Positions 1 to 43,700 of a stretch of 64,000 nucleotides of DNA are shown piece after piece. The DNA is taken from contig NC_068984.1 in NCBI RefSeq assembly GCF_001194135.2, forward strand, positions 11,610,884 to 11,674,883, in the 5' to 3' direction. Source of the stretch: Octopus bimaculoides. Its lineage: Eukaryota. Positions within the stretch are counted from its first letter, which is position 1; the number at the start of each line of letters is the position of its first letter. The notes beneath the pieces were generated by a model. It worked only from the letters and a program-made list of their open reading frames with translations, had not been told where the DNA came from and did no database searches. The position numbers and the translations under genes were made by a program.

Positions 1-1299
1 CAATCTATTTATAGAAGCTAACAAATAAACCATGCTGTAGTCACTCAACTTGCTAGAAATAGCTGCCTGGTCTTCCTTAAACCACACCCAAGCATCTTTT
101 ATAGAAGGGAGGATACTTTGGATTATGTAGTCCTCTCTCTCTCCTGACAGCCATCACTTAACATCCACTTTTCCATGCATGCATGGGTTGGATGTAATTT
201 GCGGTAGTTTTTCTATGGTTGGATGTCCTTCCTGTCATCAATCCTCACCTGTTTCCAAGTAAGGTAATATTTCCCCCTACCCAGCATGTCATGGAAGGCA
301 GGAAATGAAGAACACTGTTTGAATGATGTCACCATCATGCAAACTATCAGACAAAATCAAAGCAAAGAAACAACACACACACACACACATCATCATGAGT
401 GGGACTTCTTTCAGTTTCCATCAATCAAATACACTCACAAAACTTTGGTCAGCCTATGTCCTCTGTAGAAGATAATGCAGTGGGCCAATAACCATGTGCT
501 TAGGTAGAAAAGTTCTTACCATACAGCTATACCAGTACCTAAATAAACTTGGTTTTATAAAACTGACCAGTTTTAAAGCATTTGTTTTAAACTATTTCAC
601 ATCTGAAAACATATGTTTCACTGCTAGCATGTGACAATATCTAACAGTGGACACTTTCAATATTCTGCTTTTTTTATTTTGTTCTTGCACCAGGATCAGA
701 AATTTTTCAACTGTACTTTCACCTCTATGAATGCAAATACTTGAAAAGTTTCCACTGAATTTCACTTTTTTTTTCTATAAATCACTTAATTAAACTAAAC
801 ATTACTTATCCTGTAGCATGAATTTCCAAAGGGTGACAGATTAACAAGTTTTCTTCAATGCTACCTTCATAAATACAGCTTCCAAACACAATGGCTAAAC
901 CAGCATTGTCTTGATATGTAACAGAGTTTCTACCCTGATATACTGCTTTCAAATTTGGGCACAAGGCCAGCAATTTCGAGAGAGGGAATGAATTGATTAT
1001 ATCAACCCCAGTGCTCAACTAGTACTTATTTTATCAATCCTGAACAGATGAAAGGCAAAGTTGACCGCAGTGGAATTTGTACTCAGAACATGAAAACGGA
1101 TGAAATACCACTAAGCATTTTGCCAGCCTGCCACCTTTTTCTACCTGGATATATTAACAGCATTCACTGATAAAATCAAATTTAAGTCATAGAGCAGATG
1201 AATTTACTAAATTAATAGTTAAAAATAAAATAACTTATAATTTTGCCTCTTGAAGAGGATGATGGATGAGATCAAACTGAAAACAAAAAAAGAAATTAC

Positions 1300-33809
<32,510 letters not shown>

Positions 33810-34285
33810 GGTTGTAAAGTTGGCGATTGGAGTTAGTGAGAGAAGGAGTTTTAAACGAAGCTGCCGAAAAAAAACTAAATTAAAGGAGAGTTGTCCCTGA
33901 CAGCCAGTGCGTCCTTCAACTACGATTCTCAAGGACGTAACCTCTCGTGCAAGAAAGCAGCCGGATGGTTGATGTTGTTGCAGTTGTTGGTGATGGTGCT
34001 GGTGATGGTTGTTGTTGATATTGAAGCTGCTGCTGCTCTAATGACGGTATTTCTAGCAACATACGTAATCATACACGACATACAAGGTGATGTTAGCAAA
34101 GAATCGTATATTGTTCGCTGCTCTCTTCTCTCCCTATCTCTCTCTCTCTCTCTAATATATATGCGTATATATATAATATATATATATGTGTCCCTTTTCT
34201 CCTCAATCTCTCTTCTATCTCTGTTTCCCTTCTCTTTTTCTCTCTCCCTTCTCTCACTCCATTCTTCCCTCTTTCTTCTTCATCT

Positions 34286-34327
<42 letters not shown>

Positions 34328-34350
34328 CCTCTCCTCTCCTCCCCTCTCCC
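33810..34350 (-). promoter_or_regulatory. Probable 5' leader and proximal promoter of glycogen phosphorylase
   Basis: CpG-retaining segment directly upstream of the ATG, with CAA/CAC/CAG triplet runs (33965-34036) and a long GA-repeat tract on the sense strand (about 34120-34345). The TSS cannot be placed from sequence alone. Confidence 0.5.
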
Positions 34351-34788
34351 TCGCACTGAGAGAAATTCATTTTTGTTTATTCCTCAGATAATTTGTTTCA
34401 ACCGTTTTTATTAGAATTTATTATCGAGCAAAATATGCATCCAGATAATGCATTGAATTTGAAAGCAAAGCTTTCTATGTGTATGTGTGTATATACATGT
34501 GTACTCACGTGTGTATATTTATGTATACATACATACACACACACAGACAGACAATCATTTACGCATGTACGTATATATGTATGTATGCATGTATGTATGT
34601 ACAAACAGAAATTGACACATTCTCCATTCTAGTTTTCTTTTGATTTTATTTGTCATTTGTTATTTGTAACGTTTACAACAATGAGCTTAACGTTTTACTA
34701 ATCTCCAAAATCACTTTGTGTGGGTGTGTGGGTGCGCGCGTGTGTTTGTGTGTATGCATGTGTCTGATTTCTCAGTAGATTGGAAGGT

Positions 34789-34837
<49 letters not shown>

Positions 34838-35812
34838 CTTTCTCAACTCTAGTCATCAACAGTATTAGAAGTTTATAGGTAATTATACAGCTTAAACTGC
34901 TTAATAATACTGTTTGCTGATGATTATACTAATTCCTATTAAATTAATACGAACTTGAGTAAAAATTTATAATATATCTATAATTTTATATATGTATTCA
35001 TTTGTCTAGAAATTTTTGCAACAACAGTAAAAATATGTGATTTCACGTATGTCAGCTGTGTTGGTCTCTGCAGGAACCTTTATAATGATTGAATTAATAA
35101 TTTAGCTGTGTGGGAAGAGATTATGTCACCATCATCGTCGCCTCTGTTATTATCATCATCACTGACATCATCATTCGTAACAATATATTTAACGAACTAA
35201 TGAGGGAGACCATATGCAGTCACTCAACCAGCGAGAAATAGCAATCAAATCTCCACCGCATCTCACACCGTGGAAGAGCATAATGGATAATATTACAATT
35301 CTGATTACGCTATTTAGAAAACAACAATGATGGACAAGCCCGGGGCTTAATAATATAATCTAACGTCACATACCCCTCTAATATATGTTGAGATGTTCAC
35401 TAAATTTCTCTTAAATGTCATCTGTGTGGAAAATAAATAAAATTTAGAAAAAGAGAAATAAAAAACAATAGCTAAGTTACTGTTAACAATTTTCCTTCTT
35501 TTTTTCATGCTGATGGTCTCTGAGAGTAATTCGTTCTCTGTTCTACGCCTACAGGAATATGTACTTGTACATTATATTTAGCGATTCTGACATCTCTATT
35601 TCTATAAGTAAGGTTATATGTATGTGTCGTTGATGTAGTCTAATAATACCAAAACGTGCTTGGAGTTGTCTCCCATGCAAGCCGATAATATATATTAATC
35701 GATCGCCACATGTTTTCTAGTTATCCTTCTGATGCTACATACATTAAGTATGTTAACACCTACTTAACAAATAGATATTGAGTTTGCACTACCATATTTA
35801 ATACAAGGAACA

Positions 35813-35857
<45 letters not shown>

Positions 35858-36174
35858 CAGCAGCAATAATAGCAATGCTTATTCAGGAAAAAGAAAATGG
35901 CTTAATAAGTAATATTTTAATTTGACCTTGGCAAGTAAGAGTGACAACTTTGGACATAATCTTTTATCTTTTATCTTTTATTTGGTTTAGTCATAGGACT
36001 GCGACCATGCTGTGATACTGAGAAAAATAATCCAAGTCACAAAAATTCATTATCATAAAAATAGCAGTCAAGTTAGTGCCATTATGGAGAGTGGGGTAAA
36101 AATCTGATTTATAAGGATTATGTGGTGTGGAGAAGAAATCATTAATTCAATGACTAATATTATTTTAATATATT

Positions 36175-36670
36175 GACATGTATTGGAGGTATGCAGGTGT
36201 TGGAGGCATATGTTAGAAGTATGTGTTTGAGGAATGTGTTAGAGGTATGTGTTGGAGGTATGTGCTGGAAACATGCTTTGGAGACATCAGAGACATGCTG
36301 GAAGCAAGTGTTAAATATATGCGCTTGAGTTGTGTACTAGAGACATATATTTGAAGCATGTGTTGGAAGTATCATAGGCATGTGTAAGAGACAAGTGTTG
36401 GAGGTGTATGGTGGAGATATGAGTTGGAAACATGTGTCACAAACATGCATTGAATACACAAGTTTAAGTCATTGGCTGGAGGTATGTGTTGGAGACATGT
36501 AATAGAGGTACACATTGGAAACACATCAGAGCATGCTTTGGAAGCATGTGTTAAAGGCAAGTGCTGGAGATGTGTGTTGGATTCATGCAATGAAGGCATG
36601 TGTTATAGACATGAGGTGGAGGTATGTGCTAGAGCGATGTTTAGAGAAGTGTTGGAATCATACACTGGGG
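36175..36670. repeat. Degenerate minisatellite, unit about 13 bp (ATGTGTTGGAGGY)
   Basis: Recurring GTGTTGGAGG / ATGTGTTAGAG / TGCTGGAAAC variants over about 500 bp. Confidence 0.75.
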
Positions 36671-37003
36671 GCATGAATTGGGGAGCAGAAAGAAAAAGTT
36701 AGCTGACATGGAGAACTGGAAGTTATCTGAATATTGGAAAAAAAGTTACCTGTATTGTGATGGTTTACACCAGGTATCAAAATGCTGCATAGCTGCTGCT
36801 CGGTGCTGTGAGAACATAAGTAACAGCAAATAAATCTTAAGAACGAACAAGTCTCCATATTTTATATCATTATAATTATTGCTAGATTATATTGCCATCC
36901 AGAGAAGTGAGCAAAGTTGTGAAGGAAAGAACCTTGTTTTGTTTATTACCCTTCAAATTTTAAGAAGGTCTTGCTAGTTTTTATAGTCTCAGATATCCTG
37001 ATC

Positions 37004-37595
37004 ATTACCTCCGCCAAGGAAAGAGGTTATGTTTTCATTGACGTTGGTTTGTCCATCTGTGTGCAAAATAACTCAAAAAGTTGTGAACTGTATTCGATGA
37101 AACTTGCAGGAAAAGTTGATAATGACACAAGGAACAGATGATGAAATTTTGGTAGAGATCTGGGAATTTTTATGAATTCTTGAAGGATTTTTCATTTGTT
37201 ATATTTACTTTACATGAAGTGTTACGGTCTTTGATTATCTCCCTTGAAAACACGTTCATCGTTTCCACGTAACCTATGGTGGCATTACTGTTTCTAAAGT
37301 TTATTTTTGTTTCTCTATTAGTAATTTTACTCGCGTATCTATCTTAAAATGAGCTGCTTGGCATAGGTTTGCGGAGGATGACATGACAAGCCTTGACTAT
37401 TGGGATGATTCCTGTTTTTAAAGGGTTTTTTTCTTTTAAATCATATGGCTGTGTTATTTCTTTTTTACCCCTGCCAAGGAGCTTATGTTTTTGCCGGCGT
37501 TGGTTTGGGAAATTGGGCGATTTCTAGCATGCATGTATATGGGTGGAAATGAGCTGCTTGGCAGAGTTCTACACTCTCCAAGTGCTTTTCTAGTT
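37004..37595 (+). mobile_element. Helentron/DINE-1-like element(s), apparently two tandem or nested copies
   Basis: ATTACCTCCGCCAAGG...GTTATGTTTTC start; AATGAGCTGCTTGGCA occurs twice (about 37349 and 37549); ends AGTGCTTTTCTAGTT. Confidence 0.55.
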
Positions 37596-38136
37596 TCTAA
37601 TGTATGAATTAAGAAGTTGTGTCCTCTCCCTGAGAACCCAAGTTCCACTATACCTTTGCATCAGGTGTGCTGATATATATCCTGTTTCTCCAATAATAAA
37701 TAGGTGTGAAACTGAAAATGTATCTTGGGTACTAGATTTGCAAACTCCTTATAAATGTTCCTTAGATGTCCTCTTTCTCTGTATTTTTCTAACAACAAGG
37801 TATCCAGAAGGCAGATGATTTCCACATTAGAGAATATTTTGTTTTTGTGGTCCCACACAACAATATCTGGCTGGTTGTGTTTTAACTGTATGTATGTACG
37901 TTTGTATGAATGAATGAATTAATTAATTAATAAATGAATGTATATATGTTCCCTTCTGTTTTTAATCCTTTAATTTCTTCCTCTGAGGAAGGAGCTGATT
38001 TGTAACAAACATATAAAGTGCCATCGTTAGAATGTAGATAAAAAATGTCACATTTTGAACTTGAGAAAGCCTTGCATATTTTTCCTTTTCCACTTACAGA
38101 TTGTATTTGTAATGTATACACATATGTATATATATA

Positions 38137-38177
<41 letters not shown>

Positions 38178-40809
38178 NNNNNNNNNNNNNNNNNNNNNNN
38201 NNNNNNNNNNNNNNNNNNNNNNNNNNNNNNNNNNNNNNNNNNNNNNNNNNNNNNNNNNNNNNNNNNNNNNNNNNNNNNNNNNNNNNNNNNNNNNNNNNNN
38301 NNNNNNNNNNNNNNNNNNNNNNNNNNNNNNNNNNNNNNNNNNNNNNNNNNTATATATATGTATATGTATGTATGTATATATATGTATGTATGTAATGCTT
38401 TGTACTATATTTATTCACAAGATGATTAACACTTTCCTTTACTCTGTCATCTCTCTAAAACAAAAACAAAAGAATATTTTATTTTATTGTTTGTACTTTA
38501 ATAAGCCATGATAGATATTTCTATTTCCTTCTTCAATATGCCATCTTTCAGCCAAATCTACCATTCTTCATTTGCTCTGTTTCCTGCTTCCCAATCTCTT
38601 CTGCAGCATATTTTGGTTTCCACTTCTTCTCTGTTCTCTCTATTTTCTATCATTAATCTTTCTGGCTTCATATACAAATACCAATACCCTATAATTATGT
38701 ATTTTCTATCATTTCAGACAGGTTTCCGTCTACTAATGTACAAGGTACACATCTGTGTTATCAGAGGTGTATAGCATTACTGTTTATAGCTAGAATGCTA
38801 CCTAACTAATCAATTATTGTTTATTTGTCTGTTGCCATGGAGTTGATTTCCACCATTGCATTTATAAGTTTGTCTAGGTGTGTTATTCTATTGAGAGAGC
38901 TCTTCATAGAGAGTTATATATATGTATTTTACAAGTGTATATATAAACTTGTAGGTCCTGTATTAATTAGTATTTTTTTTCCAGCTTGTTTATTCTGCTT
39001 CAGGCACTATTAGCACTATCTCCACTCTTATTCCATTCATGTGCATTCTAATTCAACAGCCTTTGTAATTTGATAGATATCCATCTCTCTTTAAATCACA
39101 TTTTTGGCCATCAGTAAAATACATGCTTATCAGCAATAGCATGGATGGTGGTTGGGTGGTCTACCCTAGGCAACACTTTTATGGGCGTGGCACTTTCAGA
39201 CCTGCTGTATAAGCCTACATAAGCTGTATTGCCAGGGAAGGGGGACAGGACAAACTTGATTGCTGCCCCAGGCAGCATACACTCTAGCTACTCCACTGTT
39301 TATTAGAGTACCAAGGATTTCCATTTGGTCATTTATAATTAGTGTCATGGAAATTTATCTTGATTTCTTTGTCACTTTCTATAGACAATAATATTGTAAC
39401 TCTACCATTAAGTTTTTACTGCTCATTTGTTGTTCTGGTTTGAAGATAGCTCCAATTTGGTGATACATCATCATCATCATCATCATCGTCGCCGCCGTCG
39501 TCGTCGTCATCATCATCATCTTCGTTTTTAATGTTCAATATTCCTTACTTGCATAGGTCAGATGAAATTTATTAAGGTAAATTTTTCTACAGCTCGATGT
39601 TCTTCCTGTTGCCAACCTTCACCTGTTTCCAAGTAAGGTAATATTTTTCTATAACCAGACGTGCTTTCACAGAAGATTGGAAATGAAAGACATCATTTGC
39701 ATAATGGTGACCCTCATTTATGACTACCACACAAAGTCGAGGCCAGGAGACAGATGTATTAAGTTGATTTTGCTACCATCCAATGATAAGATTGCCTGCC
39801 AGTGAAGTCACCCTCACCACTTTCTTTGTCATTATCATTATTCTTGTTCTTACTGATGTTGCTGTTATTATTCTTGTTGTACCTCCTGAATGGCTCCCAA
39901 GTCAGTGACATGTAAAAAGCACCATCTGAACATCACCGATGCCAGTGCCCCTTGACTGGTTCCCATGCCAGTGGTATGTAAATAGCACTGTCTGGATGTG
40001 GCCAATGCCAGTGCCCTCTGATTGGCCCCCATGCTGGTGGCATATAAAAAGCACCATCTGAACGTGGCCGATGCAAGTGCCACTTGACTGGCTCCCATGC
40101 TGGTGGCACATAAAAAGTACTATCCAAACGTGGCCGGTGCCAGGCCCACCTGACTGGTGGCACATAAAAAGCACCCAATACACTCTCAGAGTGGTTGGCA
40201 TTAGGAAGAGCATCCAACTGTAGAAACATTGCCAGATTAGATTAGAGCCTGGTGCAGCTTCCTGGCTCTCCAGACCTCAGTCAAACCATCCAACCCATGC
40301 CGGCATGGAAAACGGACGTTAAATGATGATGATGATGATTGTTGTTACTACTGCTGTTGTTGTTGTTGTTGTTGTTGCTGCTTCTATTGTTGCTTTTGTT
40401 ACTGTTGTCATTGTTGTTGTCATTGATGTTTGCACTGTTAAAAGCATTATCCTTACCATTGTCTCCACGGTTACTGTTATCGTATTGTTCTTGTGCCAAT
40501 GGTTTCTAATGAAGTTAGTAGTGTTATGAGAAGTTTTTCCCTGCTACCTCCTCAATGAATCTGATGGTGGGTGTTATTGATGCCATGATTCCAAATGAGA
40601 AGAAAAAAAAAATAAATAAAAGCAAATAAAAAGATTACAAAAACGATGCCCTTTTGGACACAACTGAGCAGACCCTCTCTTCACCCAGTGAAGTAGAGGT
40701 CCTTAATTAAACCTTCAACAAAGCTTTACAACGGTAAATAAATAGCTTCAAATACAATTTAACAAACCTTCAGGAGTCCATATAATGTATGCCTAGTACA
40801 AATGATAAT

Positions 40810-41830
40810 GATGATGATGATGATGAAATAACAACAAGTGTAGCATTGATAAGACAGTAGCATCATTGTGGAAAATTATCTGTGACAGTTAGACATGTAA
40901 TTAGTGGATGCTCAAAAGTAGCCCAAAAGGAGTACAAAAATGTCATGACGATGTAGCCGTGTGAATACAGTAGGGATTACTCTCTCTTTTTACTCTTTTA
41001 CTTGTTTCAGTCATTTCACTGTGGCCAAGCTGGTGCACCACCTTTAGTCGAGAAAATCGACCCCAGGACTTATTCTTTGTAAGCCAAGTACTTATTCTAT
41101 CGGTCTCTTTTGCCGAACCACTAAGTTACAGGGACGTAAACACACCAGTATTGGTTGTCAAGCGATGTTGGGGGGACAGACACAGACACACAAACACACA
41201 CACATATATGTATACATATACATATATACGACAGGCTTCTTTCAGTTTCCGCCTACCAAATCCACTCACAAGGCTTTGGTCGGCCTGAGGCTATAGTAGA
41301 AGACACTTGCCCAAAGTGCTACGCAGTGGGACTGAACCCAGAACCATGTGGTTGGTAAGCAAGCTACTTACCACACAGCCACTCCTGCGCAAAAAGTATG
41401 GGCTAAAATGTTCCAACATGTGGTATGAGCACCAACCTTTGCCTGTAGCAGAGAATGATCAGGTGAAATTCACATGGAATATGCCAATATACACAGATAA
41501 AAAGCTGCAACATCACTGATCAGATATCACTGTACCACTGAAGGAAACCAATCGTGAAGATGACCGGGAAGAAAGGACAAGTTATCATCTCTGCCAACAT
41601 TGTGGCAGTAACTGCCTGGATGACATATTTTGGTTAAAACCTGACATCTAGAAGCAATGACACATACTCGGGTGGAAAGAACCCTCAAAGAAACATGGTC
41701 GGATTGAAATTATGTGACAAGAACAAAACAGTTTGGGAGCATGGAGGTTCTCTTCAAGAGTGAAGCTCTTACACTGAAACACTCCTTAGCTCCAATATTA
41801 CCAGAAAAAACTCACCCTCCACCAACATAT
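40810..41830 (+). mobile_element. R4/Dong-like non-LTR retrotransposon fragment (zinc knuckle and restriction-like endonuclease region), split by a SINE
   Basis: CGKLSVTVRHVISGCSKVAQKEYKK-HDDVA lies left of the SINE; KKYGLKCSNMWYEHQPLPVAENDQVKFTWNMPIYTDKKLQHH lies right of it. Confidence 0.7.
40980..41390 (-). mobile_element. tRNA-derived SINE, second family, near full length
   Basis: Minus strand: GCGCAGGAGTGGCTGTGTGGTAAG A-box, GGGTTCAGTCCC B-box, internal TA/TG microsatellite, TAAAAGAG tail. Partial copies near 380-520, 14175-14370 and 55470-55686. Confidence 0.85.
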
Positions 41831-42404
41831 ATTGGGAGAATGACCTGAAACATTAAGAGAGAGAGAGAGAAAGAGACAGACAGATAGACAGATAGACAGA
41901 CAGACAGAGAGACAAAGAGACAGAGAGAGACAGAGAGAATTCTACCTAGATTGGACATCTGGTGGTTGTTGGCATGTGGGAAGCTATGGCTAGCTGCATG
42001 AGGGAGAAGTCACCAGGGCTGGATGGTTGTTGAAAAACAAATATTAACAACAGAAGCAGTATTAATGTAAAAGGGCAATCTTTATATCCAACTTAACCTG
42101 GACATATTGTTAGATTGCCACCAGCTGGCTTTTTGTTATATCAGTGCCTAAAAAGTGAGTTATTCTATATATTGAGTATGAGATTTGCCTGGTATGCAGT
42201 GAGTGGACACCTGTCACTGAAGAAGTGCAGTATGCTGAAATCATGTGATCTGGCAGTTCCTGCACACATGCCAGATGATTCTCATCTGCTACAATATAAG
42301 TCTGTGCTTTAATGCATCATGCATCTATATGAGAGGACCTCTCAAAGCAGGTATCACAGTATTTGGTGTTTTAACTATATGTCCATGTTAAAGCTGGATA
42401 TAAA

Positions 42405-42584
<180 letters not shown>

Positions 42585-43260
42585 CTGAGTCAATAATATA
42601 AAGTACAAGTCAAGCACTAGGGTTGATGTAATTGACTAAATCCCCCTCCCAAACTTTGCTGGCCTTGTGCTAAAACCAGAAAGAAATTTATTTCAATAGT
42701 TTCAGAAAATATTAATGGAATCTTCATAGCATTGGATCGTTACAACTTAGACTATTGTAAAGAGCAGATGTTAATCTGCCCAAAGCTTGTTAGACTGTGC
42801 TTAAGAAACCAGAGCAACAGTGGGACCTGTTACATTATTCTCTATTTCAACAAACATTACCTCATATAAAGTTCTGTTTTCTTATTTATGTATTTATTTG
42901 ACAATTGGAAACCAGGCAGATTATTTTCAGTTGACAACAATAGACATCAACAGAGCATTAAGCATGCTTCAAACAGATTTATATGGAGAGGCCTTATTAA
43001 CAATTGTATGTTCTGTGTTTATACAGTGTAGCATTGACAATGAAGCACGATCTCTCCTTCATGTTATAATAGTTTGTTTGTACATATTTCATTTCTCCTT
43101 ACATTTTCTTACATTATAATACAATTTCTTTGTGACTGGAGAAGACTTGTAATTTACAATTGCATTCAAGTATTTCAAATTTAACACTATTCCATCCGAT
43201 AAGAATTGCTGTGACACTAATTATTCTTTTCTTTTGGATGATAATAAGAAAAAAGCATAT

Positions 43261-43700
43261 CAGTAGATATAGCTTCGTTTATCACTGATTCATCCATCAC
43301 TGATATGAGATAACATGACATACTTATTATGGATTGATCTATGATAACACAGGTCAACGATCAGTCGATGATTCTGTTTTGACTGCAAAGATGCACCCAG
43401 CGACCACCGATAATGCTTAGCTACCCAGAATGCACTGTGTATTCATTGTGCTTATATGATCATGTTGTAAGGTTGCATATCTTTTTTATACCAATTAATG
43501 TCCTTCTACCCATCAACATGGGACCAGAAAACAAGAAAAATACAAAGGTACCTGATCTTAACAAGCAACACAGACGAAGGTAGAGGTTATCCAGAAAATA
43601 TGTGACAGTGGAAACTTTCCTGTGATGGGCTGCAAGGTTGGTGAGAATGAATCTACCGTTCATTCCATTCATAATGTGGGTGTAGATCATTCATTAATCA
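43261..43700 (+). mobile_element. Possible Tigger/pogo transposon remnant
   Basis: CAGTAG...CGTTTATC TIR-like start; ATG GGA CCA, then a frameshifted TKVEVIQKICDSG...VGENESTVHSI resembling the pogo/CENP-B N-terminal HTH. Confidence 0.4.

Noticed and set aside
806-1018. ORF as the next PYG exon
   Set aside because: No AAPGY or LENYRV motif; overlaps a SINE remnant.
39909-40175. CRISPR-like repeat array
   Set aside because: Tandem units without unique spacers, inside a eukaryotic SINE; no cas genes.
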